Assembly (NCBI RefSeq): GCF_963921235.1
Contig: NC_086097.1
Coordinates: 103,108,001 to 103,172,000 of the forward strand
Direction: 5' to 3'
Length of the DNA stretch: 64,000 nucleotides
DNA from: Mobula hypostoma
Lineage: Eukaryota
The position numbers and the translations under genes are program-made. How positions within the stretch are numbered: the stretch's first letter is position 1; the number at the start of each line of letters is the position of its first letter. The notes under the pieces are model-generated. The model saw nothing but the letters and a program-made list of their open reading frames with translations, was not told where the DNA came from and searched no databases. Positions 52,665-64,000 of the stretch are shown here, piece by piece.

Positions 52665-55600
52665 TAAAAAAAAAGCAAGAAGGGTATATATTACATTAAA
52701 TGAAAATATTGAATAAAAGATCTCCAGGTCTGTTCAAATTTAAATGAGGAGTCATAGAGATTGCTTCTAATTTTATCCAAATTCAAGCATAATATCGCCT
52801 GAGAAAACCAAAAAAAGGTATATGGAGCATTGAGCTCTTTCCAATGTTGTAAGATACATCTTTTCGCCATTAAAGTAAGAAATGCAATCAATCTATGGGC
52901 TGAAGGGGAAAGGTTACTGGAAATTTTAGGTAGTCCAAAGATAGCAGTAATAGGGTGAGGAGAGATATCTATATTCAATACCTTGGAGATAATATTAAAA
53001 ATGTCTCTCCAAAATGTTTCCAGAGTAGGGCAAGACCAAAACATATGAGTTAAAGAGGCTAGCTGCCCCGGACATCTATCACAAAAAGGATTAATATGAG
53101 AATAAAAGCGCGCTAATTTATCTTTGGACATATGTGCTCTATGAACAACTTTAAATTGAATTAGGGAATGTTTAGCACAGATAGAGGAAGTATTGACTAA
53201 TTGTAAAATCTGCCCCCAGTCATCCACGGAAATGATAAACCCCAATTCCTGTTCCCAATCTACCCTAATCTTATCAAATGGAGCTTTCCTAAGTTTCATA
53301 ATAATATTATAAATCATAGCCGATGCACCTTTCTGACATGGATTAAGGTTAATTATAGTATCTAAAATGTATGTAGGAGGAAGCATTGGAAAGGAAGAAG
53401 GTATAGTACTTAGGAAATTTCTAACTTGTAGATATCTAAAAAAATGTATTCTTGATAAGTTATATTTATTAGATAATTGTTCAAAAGACATAAGGGAACC
53501 ATCTAAAAATAAATCCAAAAACCGTGAAATACCCTTAGTCTTCCAAATTTGAAAAGCACGATCCGTAAAAGAGGGAGGAAAAAATATGTTACCTAAAATA
53601 GGAATCGCTAACCCAAATTGATTAAGATCAAAAAATTTTCTGAATTGAAACCAAATACGTAAGGTATATTTAACTATCGGGTTAGATACCTGTTTAAGGC
53701 GTTTCAAATCAAAAGGAAGAGAGGAACCTAAAATAGAGCCAAGTGTATAACCCTGAACAGATTGTAATTCCAATGCTACCCATTTAGGAATGGATAGTAT
53801 ATCCTGGTCAAGTAACCAGAATTTCATATGTCGAATATTAATTGCCCAATAATAAAATCTAAAGTTAGGTAATGCTAAGCCTCCATCTCTCTTAGCTTTC
53901 TGTAAATGTATTTTACCCAGTCTCGGGTTTTTATTTTGCCAAATAAATGAAGAAATTGTAGAGTCGACTTTGTCAAAAAAAAGATTTTGGAACAAAGATT
54001 GGTAATGCCTGAAATATATATAAAAATTTTGGCAAAAAAAATCTTAACTGCATTAATACGACCAATCAAAGTTAAATATAAAGGAAACCATTTAGATGAA
54101 AGTTGAATAATATGGTCAACTAAGGGTAAAAAGTTAATCTTAAATAAATCTTTGTGTTTACAAGTAATTTTAATCCCAAGATATGAAAAATAATTATTAA
54201 TCAATTTAAACAGTAAGTTATGATATAAGAGAAGTTGTTTATTAATCGGGAAAAGTTCACTCTTACTAAGATTTAATTTATAACCTGAAAAAAGACCAAA
54301 TTGTGCTAATAACTCTAAAACAGCCGGGATGGATTTTTGGGGATTAGAAATATATAAAAGTAAGTCATCAGCATAGAGTGATATTTTATGGGACTTTAAG
54401 CCCCGAGTTATCCCAGTAATATTTGGAGATTCTCGAATGGCAATTGCAAGAGGTTCTAATGCAATATCAAATAATAAAGGACTAAGAGGACAACTTTGTC
54501 GAGTACCTCAAAAAAGAGGGAAAAAAGGTGAACTTAAAGAGTTAGTACGGACCGAGGCCACAGGAGAATGATATAACAGTTTAATCCAGGATATAAATTT
54601 CGAGCTAAAGTTAAACATTTCAAGCACCTTAGATAAATAAGGCCATTCTACTCTATCAAAAGCTTTCTCAGCATCTAAAGAGATAACACACTCAGGAACA
54701 TTTTGTGAGGGAGTATAAACAATATTTAACAGTGTGCGAATATTATAAAAAGAGTTACGACCTTTAATAAAACCCGTTTGGTCTTCCGAAATAATAGAAG
54801 GAAGTACTTTTTCTAATCTATTTGCTAATAACTTAGAAAAAACTTTAGAATCAACATTTAATAAAGATATTGGTCTATAAGATGCACATTGAGCAGGATC
54901 TTTATCCTTCTTTAATATTAGAGAAATTCACGCTCTATTGAAAGATTCAGGAAGTTTACCAAGTTTTAATGAAGCCTCAAAACCCCTACAGAACCAAGGG
55001 ATTAATGAAGGAGCGAAACATTTATAAAATTCTACGGTAAACCCATCATGGCCAGGAGCTTTCCCCAAATTCATAGAGAAAATAACATTCTTAATCTCAT
55101 CCGTGATAATGGGAGTATCTAACATAGAAGACATATCCTGTGAAATCTCAGGGAAGTCTAGATTATCTAAAAAATCATCATATATTTAGAATCTCGAGGA
55201 GACTCTGATTGATATAAGGAAGAATAAAAATCAAAGAAGGTTTGATTAATCCCCACATGATCAAGTATCAGTCGGTCATTTTGGTTATAAATCTGATTAA
55301 TTTGAGATTTAGCATAATTAGACTTCAGTTGATTAGCCAACAGTTTGCCAATTTTGTCACTGTGTACATAAAATTCACTTCTTGTTTTCTTTAATTGGTT
55401 TACAATCGAGGACGAAAGTAATAAACTGTGTTCCATTTGAAGTTCAGTTCTTTGTTTATATAACTCCTCAGAAGGAGCTATAACATATTTCTTATCAATT
55501 TCCTTAATCTTGTCCACAATTACCAACTCCTCCTGCTTCAGCTTCTTCCTCAAAGCAGCAGAATACGAGATAATCTGACCACGAATATAAGCTTTAAAAG

Positions 55601-57178
55601 TGTCCCAAAGAATGTTGACAGAAATATCCTCTGTATAGTTAATTGTAAAAAAAAGATCAATCTGTTCATTCATAAAGTTAACAAAGTCCGAGTCCTGAAG
55701 CAACAGCGAATTAAAACGCCATTGTCTATTATTTTGTATATTGGCCAGAATTTTAATAGAAAGCTTAAGTGGAGCATGATCCGAAATGGTTATAGAGTCA
55801 TAATCACATTTAATCACTGAAGAAATAAGACGAGAATCAATAAAGAAATAATCAATTCTTGAATAGGAATGGTGAACATGTGGAAAAAAAAGAAAAATCT
55901 TTTTCCTGAGGATGCAAAAAACGCCAAATGTCCGTCGACCCAGAATCAGAAAGGAATGAATTAATCAAAGTTGCAGATTTATTAGGTAAGGTCTGTAGAG
56001 GAGCCGAACGGTCCAAAGCTGGCGATAAATAGGTATTAAGATCTCCGCCCCAGATCAATGAAAACTCATTCAAATTCGGAAACTGATTAAATAATGATTT
56101 ATAAAATTCCGGACAGTCCATATTAGGAGCATAAACATTAACCAAAACTATTTTTTTATTAAATAGTAAACCACTAACCAATAGAAATCTACCATTCGGA
56201 TCAGAAATAATACCATGTTATATAAAAGTAACTGAGGACTCTATAAAAATAGAGACGCCTCGAATCTTCGCATTGGAGTTCGAATGAAACTGTTTTCCCC
56301 TCCAGAATTTAAAAAAACGTAGTCTGTCCCCCCTCCGCACATGGGTCTCTTGTAAAACTAAAATTTGTGCTTTAAATCTCTGGAACACTTTAAAAACTTT
56401 TTTCCTTTTAATAGGATGATTAAGACCATTAGTATTCCAGGAGACAAAATTAATAATAGACTCCATAAACCCTAAAGTCAACCCGCAACAAGGAGGATTG
56501 ACGATAGGCTCGACCCACGAACCCAGAAAGGGAACAGAACACACAAGAGATACCGGGAAGAAGAACGCAACCAATACTTCAATAATGTACATAGCCCAAG
56601 AAGAAAGAAACTAAAACGTGAAGCCCCTCCCACCACCCACCACCCCATGACTCCAAGGCTAAATCTAACGCAGACCAGCCCGAAAGAAGCAAGCACTAAA
56701 ACTACCCCCTTGACTTCTGGTATACGCTCCCTAAACAAAAGTGTAAATATAAAAAAGATCAGCTGATTATAAAACAGTAAAAGAGTTAAAAAAAAGATAA
56801 CTCAATTAAAATAAACACATAATATAACAGAATAAAAGCCAGAAAATATAAAAAACCGCAATAAACCCCAGACCCATGAGTAAACAAAACAAAAAAAATG
56901 AGATTATTAACATAAACTAGTTATAAAAACCTACAAAACAAAATAGATTTAAAAAAACTACAAAATTTAAGGCCACAAAGGAAATACATAAAATGACAAT
57001 GGGGAAATAACCACCCAGAATCCCCTGGGAAAAAGAAAGAAATGACGCAGTTAAAAAGAAAGTTTAGCAATCATATTAAATAATCAAAAATAAACTTTTC
57101 TGCCCATATAGGGCAAAAAAAAATTAAGACCGACAAATTCACAACCTCCGATCAACGGAGATAGTTAAAAAATTACGA

Positions 57179-57988
57179 TTAAGATGTTGAAGGTGAAAAT
57201 TGATCCAGATAACTCTGGGCATCCGATGGAGATTCTAAAAAACGGAGGGCTCCATCCAACGTACGAATCCTTAAACGTGCAGGGTAAAGCAGCGCTGGTT
57301 TTAAATCCATCTTGTAGAGTTCCGACATCACAGATCTGTAACGAACCCGTTGATCCCAGATTGGTTTACTGAAATCCTCCACGAATCGGAACTTAAGATC
57401 CAGAAAATCAATGTAACCTTTAGATCGAACGAAACGAAACAGTTTCTCCTTGTCTTGAAAGTAATGAAAACATAAAATGACATGTCTAGGTTTATCTGAC
57501 CTAGGCGAGTATGATGGAACTCTGTGAACACGATCCAATAATGGTGGTTGGTCAGGAAATACAGTGGGAAATGCATCTTTTAAAAGTTGAGAAAAATACT
57601 TCATAGGGTTATCGGATTCAACAGCTTCACACACCCCTATCATTCGAAGATTCTGCCATCGCATTCTGGATTCTAAGTCAGAGTTTTTAAAGGTCAGAAA
57701 GTCGAATTTCTTCTTCATTACATTAATTGTTTCTTCGATTTTCTCCATCTTGAGCTCACTTTGTTGTGTGGATTTTTGAAGATCAGATATAGCCGACTGA
57801 TGTTCCGTAATAGATATTTGTATCTTCTGGATTGAATCGGCAATTTTCTGGAAACTAGTTGAAATTTCCTCACGAATTAGCTCCGATATAGCTTTCAAAG
57901 TCACCGGTGGTTCAGTCGGAGGGAAATCGGTACCTTTCGGTCTAACCGGAGGTTTGCCGTCCTTCCCGTTTTTTCCATTCTTAGACAT
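57179..57988 (-). CDS. Intact L1 ORF1p (coiled coil, RRM, CTD; 269 aa)
   Basis: Open from MSKNGK to stop; NLRMIGV RRM start, DRVHRV, EDFS, LYPARL motifs. Confidence 0.8.
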   Translation of the reverse strand: MSKNGKNGKDGKPPVRPKGTDFPPTEPPVTLKAISELIREEISTSFQKIADSIQKIQISITEHQSAISDLQKSTQQSELKMEKIEETINVMKKKFDFLTFKNSDLESRMRWQNLRMIGVCEAVESDNPMKYFSQLLKDAFPTVFPDQPPLLDRVHRVPSYSPRSDKPRHVILCFHYFQDKEKLFRFVRSKGYIDFLDLKFRFVEDFSKPIWDQRVRYRSVMSELYKMDLKPALLYPARLRIRTLDGALRFLESPSDAQSYLDQFSPSTS

Positions 57989-59292
57989 AGCAGACCTTAA
58001 ACGCATCCAATTATCGAAGAGCCCAATTTGTTTCAACGTATTGTAAAAGTTGATGCCTTAATGGTTAATTAAAATATAGCTGATCATAAGAAGAAAAACT
58101 CAGAGGTAATGGAGCGAGTCAAGAACGCGACTTCACTCCATGAGCGCTACCGGAAGTCCCCAGAAAAAGCTTTACACCTAGGACGTTAACTTGCCAATGC
58201 CTGTTAGATTGAGCATACAGACTGGTCTGAGCTCTTAACGCACTTCCATCTCCTCCCAAGGGGCGTGTGGACTTTGCCCAGGGTCTTCTTCCATACCTCG
58301 CAGCACTGATGATTTCAGCACTTCATCGGCCAAGTTGACATCTTCATGCCCTTGATATTCACTCTCAAAATCGCCGGGTATATGAGGAACGAGTGAATCC
58401 CCTTCTGTTGAAGCTTAGCGTGGATTTTCTTGTGTCCCTGCCGTTCTTGCATCGTGCCGGGGATGTAGTCGGCGAAGAACTGCAGCTGGGTGCCATCAGG
58501 GAGAGTAGGTTTGGCTTTCCTCGAGCCTCCAGAATAGCCTGCCGGTCGGTGTACCCTAGAAGCCTAAAAACCATGTCCGCGGTTTTGAGGTGTTGTTGGA
58601 AAAGATCCTGTGTGCTCTATCGATCTCCAATGGAGTGCTGTGGGAATTCTTGAGCACTGGAATCCAATTAGGCAGCATCTTCTGGAGGGTAACCTCTTGG
58701 ATCGTCGCCCTCAGTGTCTGTCGGTAAGTTGACCAGCCGCACGTTATTTTTCCTGGATCTGTCCTGCAAGTCATTTAGCTTCTTCCGTATCTTAATCACC
58801 TCCGCGAGACAGGAGTTAGTAATTTTCTCATTCTTGCATAAGCTAACCTGAATGTTGTCTATTTTGTTGAATACCGTGCTAAATTTTTAGCATGAATGTC
58901 CGCTTGCTCCTTTAACGACCGGAGAATGTTGCCATTCTGTGCCATATAATTCTGTATGGGGTTGAGAGCCTTTTCCAGCGACTCCTTTAGCGTGTGGGCT
59001 ACCGTTTCTTGCAGCGATTCCATCTCCGTTGCCATTGTTTGCTTAATTAGCATAGCTATTTCCTCGGATGAATCGCTAGCTTGGTGTTGTCTGCTGATAT
59101 CTTGTTTCTTGGTTGAATTTGGATCTTTTTTTGAGGTCATGTCTTTAGTTAGATCTTTCTCCAAATCAACCTTGTATTAAGACAGTCTATGAGCCCTAAA
59201 GAATGTGAAAAAGGAGGGTTATATGTCAGCGCTCAGTGCTGTGCTGCCATCTTGCCTCGTGCCTCACTGGAAGTCCCTCGATACTAATTTTT

Positions 59293-60935
59293 GACTTGTA
59301 GAAAGGGTTGTCTTGTAGGAAGTAATGGTCTGCAAATCCTGCCAGAGCTGATATGCATCCGATCCTGTCTTGAATGTCACAGATCTAGCCCTTAGACTAC
59401 AAGTCTTCTGGTTCATCCACAGCTTTTGATTCAGTTGTGTCTGGTATGTTCTCGAAGGCACATCCTCATCCACACAGGACTTAATGAAGTCAGTGACAAC
59501 TGTGGTGTTCTCATTCAGATTCGAAGATGAATCCCTGAATATTTTCCAGTCCACAAACTCAAAGCCTCAGCCTTTCCGAAGTACAGGTGTGGGATTGCAC
59601 AATAAACATTGTTGATGGTGGTATAACAGTGGCCACAGGTGATAAGTTGGTAGTAGTTGTTCAGAGACTTCAAGCTGCAATGATAGGGAAGGCATCAGGG
59701 AGCATGTTTCATGACTACTGATCTCAGTGAGCTCCTCCGATGCCTGCCTAGCATGGGCCAGAGGTGGAATGTACACCAGTGCCAGGATGACAGCAGAAAA
59801 TTCCCTCGGCAGGCAAAGTGGACAACACTTGACTGCTAGTTGTTTCAGGTCGGGTGAGCAGGAGTGAGACAGAACTGCCCTGTCTGTGTACCACAATGAG
59901 TTAATCATGAAACATACTCTTCACCATTTACACCTCGGACTTCAACTACTGCACAGAGTCTTGTCATCTTCAGAAGTTTTCGGATGACTCTGCCATAGTT
60001 GGATGCATCAGCAAGGGAGATGAGGCTGAGTACAGGGCTACGGTAGGAAACTTTGTCACATGGTGTGAACAGAATTATCTGCAGCTTAATGTGAAAAAGA
60101 CTAAGGAACTGGTGGTAGACCTGAGGAGAGCTAAGGTACTGGTGAGCCCTGTTTCCATCCAGGGGGTCAGTGTGGACATGGTGGAGGATTGCAGATACCT
60201 GGGGATACGAATTGACAATAAACTGGACTGGTCAAAGAACACTGAGGCTGTCTACAAGAAGGGTCAGAGCCGTCTCTATTTCCTGAGGAGACTGAGGTCC
60301 TTTAACATCTGCCGGACGATGCTGAGGATGTTCTACGAGTCTGTGGTGGCCAGTGCTATCATGTTTGCTGTTGTGTGCTGGGGCAGCAGGCTGAGGGTGG
60401 CAGACACCAACAGAATCAACAAACTCATACGTAAGGCCAGTGATGTTGTGGGGATGGAACTGGACTCTCTCATGGTGGTGTCTGAAAAGAGAATGCTGTC
60501 TAAGTTGCATGCCATCTTGGTCAATGTCTCCCATCCACTACATAATGTACTGGGTGGGCACAGGAGTACATTCAGCCAGAGACTCATTCCACTGAGATGC
60601 AGCACAGAGCGTCATAGGAAGTCATTCCTGCCTGTAGCCATCAAACTTGACAACTCCTCCCTTGGAGGGTCAGACATCCTGAGCCAATAGTCCTAGACTT
60701 ATTTCATAATTTACTGGCATAATTTACATATTACTATTTAACTATTTATGGTTCTATTACTATTTATTATTTATGGAGCAACTGTAACAAAAACCAATTT
60801 CCCCCAGGATTAATAAAGTATGACTATGACTATACTCCACCTCCTCTACCTTTAAGCAGACAGCCATTTTGTCTTTTCAATGAACCATGTTTCCATAAAG
60901 CAGAGTACATAGCAGTCCCTGGCATCTCTCTTTGA
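59293..60935 (-). mobile_element. Old Rex1/Babar LINE endonuclease region, split by a younger Rex1
   Basis: RDCYVLCFMETW..GRGGG|VCFMINSLW..CSPDL..VYIPP. Confidence 0.8.
59920..60831 (+). mobile_element. Young 5'-truncated Rex1/Babar LINE
   Basis: KFSDDS, LNVKKTKELVVD, RLYFLRRLRSF; tail AATAAAGT(ATGACT)n; 6-bp TSD ATACTC (59914-59919 / 60832-60837). Confidence 0.9.
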
Positions 60936-60949
60936 CTACCACTTGACAT

Positions 60950-61625
60950 ATAATACTATAATCCCATCAAAACTAATCAGTCAGCTCCAAGACCTAGGTT
61001 TCACTCCCTCATTGAGCAACTAGATTCTCAATTTCCTCTCTTGCAGTTCCCAGTCAGTTTGAATTGGCATCAATATCACAATCACCATTAGCCCAAGTGC
61101 ACCACAAGGCTATGTGCTTAGCCTCCTGCTCTATTCATTTTATACTCATGATTGTGAGGCTAAGCACAATTCCAATGCCATATATAGGTTTGCTGACTAC
61201 ACCACTATTGTTGGCCAAATCAAAGGAGATGATGAAACAGAATATAGGAGGGAGATTGAAAATCTGGCTGAGTGACGCCATAACAATAACCTCTTATTCA
61301 ATAGCAGCAAGACCATGAAGCTGATTTTTGACTTCAGGAGGAAGCCTATCCTCACTGGGAGAATCAGAGGTGGCAAAGGTCAGCACTCAACCATTAGGAT
61401 CTTGAACCAGAAGGAATTACTTCACTCACCCCAACAGGGAACTGTTCCCACAACCTATGGATTCAAGGGCTGTTCATTTCATGTTCTTAATACTTATTGC
61501 TTATCTATTATTAATATTCTATTTTTTTATGTTTCCTTGTCTTTACTGTGAATGCCTGCAAGAAAACAAATCTCAGGGTTGTTTATGGTGACGTATATGT
61601 AATTATACATTTACTTTGAGCTTTA
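60950..61625 (+). mobile_element. Rex1/Babar LINE fragment with 3' tail
   Basis: NTIIPSKLI, PQGYVLS, YRFADYTT motifs; tail aatctcagggttg..tttactttgagcttt. Confidence 0.8.
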
Positions 61626-62071
61626 AACAAGCTGAATGAGAGGGGAACAAATTGTCAGATAAACATAATGTGAAAAGATTATGTTTCATAATCTTTTATA
61701 TATTTTATATCTTTTATATTTTATGTTTCATAATCTTAAACATAATGGGAAAAGATTATGTTTCACATGCAAATGGAATTGCTGAGTATTTTCAATTCCA
61801 TTCAGTGGCTAAATGTGCGATATGCTTATATTGATGGTATTTAGAAGTCCAGGAAAGCTGGTGAGTAGTTAGGAAGGCCGAGCTATTTTATTTTGGGTCT
61901 AAGTGTAAAGATGTTAGAATACCATTGGTAAGGCCGTACTTGGAGTTTTTACGTGTTTTGTTTTCTCGACATGAAAAAGAAGATGCATTTGCTGTAGAAG
62001 AAGTGCAGTGGAGATTCAGCAGACTGATGGTTGGAATAGCAGCTCTGAAATGAGGATAGAGCAAGCTAGGC

Positions 62072-63013
62072 TGTCACGTACCCCGTGACGGGTTAAACAA
62101 CCAGCAGAAATGGGAAACACCGTGGAGTCCAGTATTGCTATTAACTAATACGCAATACAGTAATATAAATGCAGATAAATCAAACAGATTAGCAATGATT
62201 ATATATAAGTAAGTATATCAGTAAATGTGGATATATATGAAAACCAAGCTTCTTCAAGTCTAGGGGTAAATAAATACAGTCTTATGATGAGTAAAGTTCA
62301 GTTCGTGGTATTGAGTTGAGTAGTGATGCAGAGAGAGAGAGAGGGAGAGATTTGAGTCTTCAGGTGAGCTGACGCCGTCGACCTTCCCGTTGTCCTCCGA
62401 AATCCTTTAGAAGTCGCCGACTGTGACCACAACAAAAGTTCTTCTGTGGTGGAGTTATCAACCCAGGCGAGGGTTGGACACACAAATAACACCCCACCGG
62501 TCACACCTTCTCCACACTGCAATAGCCACTGATTGATCCGCCTGATCGATCCTCCAAAACCCACTTTTTCTGTAGGCACAACAAAGCTCATTCAGTGTCC
62601 AAAACCATGTGTCTGAGGTCTATCATCTGACCTTCCATTTATCTTCCCGTGCTGAATACCAGCTGTCACTCAAACAGCTCTTCCCCTCTCTGTCTGTAAG
62701 AACTTTCAAGCAGGCAGTGACCTTGTAGAAATGTAAACATACTGTGAGCAGTCTTTCTTTCTCTCTCTCTCACTCTCTCTCTCACTCTCTCTCTCACTCT
62801 CTCTCTCACTCTCTCTCTCACTCTCTCTCTCACTCTCTCACTCTCTCTCTCACTCCCTCTCTGTCACTCTCTCACTCTCTCTCTCTCACTCTTTCACTCT
62901 CACTCTCACTCAAACAAGATGTTGGTGTTAAATACCTCTCTCTCTCTTTTCAAAAGCACAGTTCATAGGAGAATTGAGCACAATTCATAGGGGTCATTCA
63001 AGACCCCACCACA
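62072..63013. mobile_element. Solo LTR (Gypsy-type), 942 bp, inside an old CR1 remnant
   Basis: TGT...ACA termini with 4-bp TSD AGGC (62068-62071 / 63014-63017); no coding domains. Confidence 0.8.
62755..62910. repeat. (CT)n/(CTCA) compound microsatellite within the solo LTR
   Basis: Direct reading. Confidence 0.95.
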
Positions 63014-63233
63014 AGGCTCAATGAAAGATCTCACTGAAATACCAATTTTTTTTGGGGAGGAAAAAATTGGGTCAGGAGAAAATATTTCTGTTGGCTGAGG
63101 TGTATGTAACTTGGGTAACAGGCTACTTTCCATTGAAGAGGGGAAGTTTCTTCATTCAGAGGGTAGTGAATATTTAAAATTCTGTGTTGCAGAGGACTAT
63201 GGAAGGTTAGTTGATGAATTAACCAATTGACTT

Positions 63234-64000
63234 CACACGATCACAAGACAAAGGAGCAGAAGTAGGCCATTCAGCCCATCGAGTCTGCTCCGCAGCTCCT
63301 CCATGAGCTAAACTATTCACCCACCTAGTTCCAATTTCCGGCTTTTCCCCCATATCCCTTGATACCCTGATTAATTAGATACCTGTCAATCTCCTCCTTA
63401 AACACCCTCAATGATCGGGCCTCCACAGCTGTATGTGGCAACGAATTCCACAAATCCACGACCCTCTGGCTAAAAAAATTTCTCCTCATCTCTGTTTTAA
63501 CTGGGTACCCTCTAATTCTAAGACTATGGCCTCTTGTCCTGGACTCACCCACCAAGAGAAACAACCTTTCCACATCTACTCTGTCCAACCCTTTCAACAT
63601 TCAAAACGTTTCTATGAGATCCCCTCTCATTCTTCTATACTCTAATGAATACAATCCAAGAGTCGACAGACGCTCCTCATATGTTAGCCCCTGCATTCCA
63701 GGAATTATCCTTGTAAATCTTCTCTGAACTCTCTCCAACATCAGTATATCGTTTCTAAGATAGGGGGTTCAAAACTGCACACAGTATTCCAAATGAGGTC
63801 TCACTAATGCCCCATAGAGCCTCATTAACACCTCCTTACTCTTATACACTATTCCTCTTGAAATGAATGCCAACATAGCACTCGCTTTCCTTACCGCTAA
63901 TCTAACTTGGTGGTTAACCTTTAGGGTATCCTGCACCAAGTCCCTTTGCACTTCTGATTTTTGAATTTTCTCCCCATCTAAATAATAATCTGCCTGATTA
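63234..64000 (-). mobile_element. CR1 LINE 3' part, running off the window
   Basis: RPHLEYCVQF, TRGHSLR, NFFSQRVV; tail gaatggcctacttctgctcc. Confidence 0.92.

Larger units (their letters stand above)
51026..58161 (-). mobile_element. Full-length L1-clade LINE, copy 2 (same family as 40555-46500)
   Basis: Same 5' end GGGGACTTCCGGTAGCGC; imperfect TSD AGAAAA(AG)CTTTACACCT (51010-51025 / 58162-58179); ORF2 disrupted; inserted in the inter-ORF spacer of the older L1. Confidence 0.95.
47181..59276 (-). mobile_element. Full-length older L1-clade LINE of a second family; host of the nested elements
   Basis: 16-bp TSD CTCGATACTAATTTTT (47165-47180 / 59277-59292); ORF1 remnants at about 58200-59164; ORF2 from about 50310 (SFNIRGLN, LQETH, LSDHNP, DAERAF, YADN, CSFC..HVVWEC). 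Confidence 0.92.

Noticed and set aside
51390..52678. Overlapping 192-aa (+) and 197-aa (-) ORFs
   Set aside because: Antisense and alternative frames of the PLE with low-complexity composition
52691..56470. L1 copy 2 ORF2 intact apart from homopolymer assembly errors
   Set aside because: It also has substitution stops (CAA to TAA near 56218, TCA to TGA near 54928), so it is really inactivated

Overview
Eukaryotic (vertebrate) DNA. The repeat complement (CR1/HER1-type LINEs, V-SINE, Rex1/Babar, Penelope with a TTCCAGCATCTGCAG tail) suggests a cartilaginous fish; that assignment is inference. The window lies inside a + strand tau-tubulin kinase gene, most similar to TTBK2. Five in-phase coding exons (2059-2124, 11740-11832, 18936-19061, 25582-25739, 38354-38585) encode the C-lobe of the kinase and the start of the tail. 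Almost everything else is intronic transposon sequence: three Tc1 elements, many CR1 and Rex1 LINE pieces, three full-length L1 elements, Penelope-like elements (PLEs), a truncated Gypsy element, a solo LTR and MITEs. Highlights: an intact minimal hammerhead ribozyme core in a young PLE, plus degenerate and palindromic relatives; a three-level nest (PLE in L1 in L1) with target-site duplications (TSDs) at every level; a roughly 6 kb inverted pair of same-family L1s in one intron; two Tc1 copies that share a defective core but have different ends; and a 24-bp micro-inversion over an RT catalytic motif. I found no convincing wholly new protein-coding system. Identities are by-eye estimates unless a count is given.
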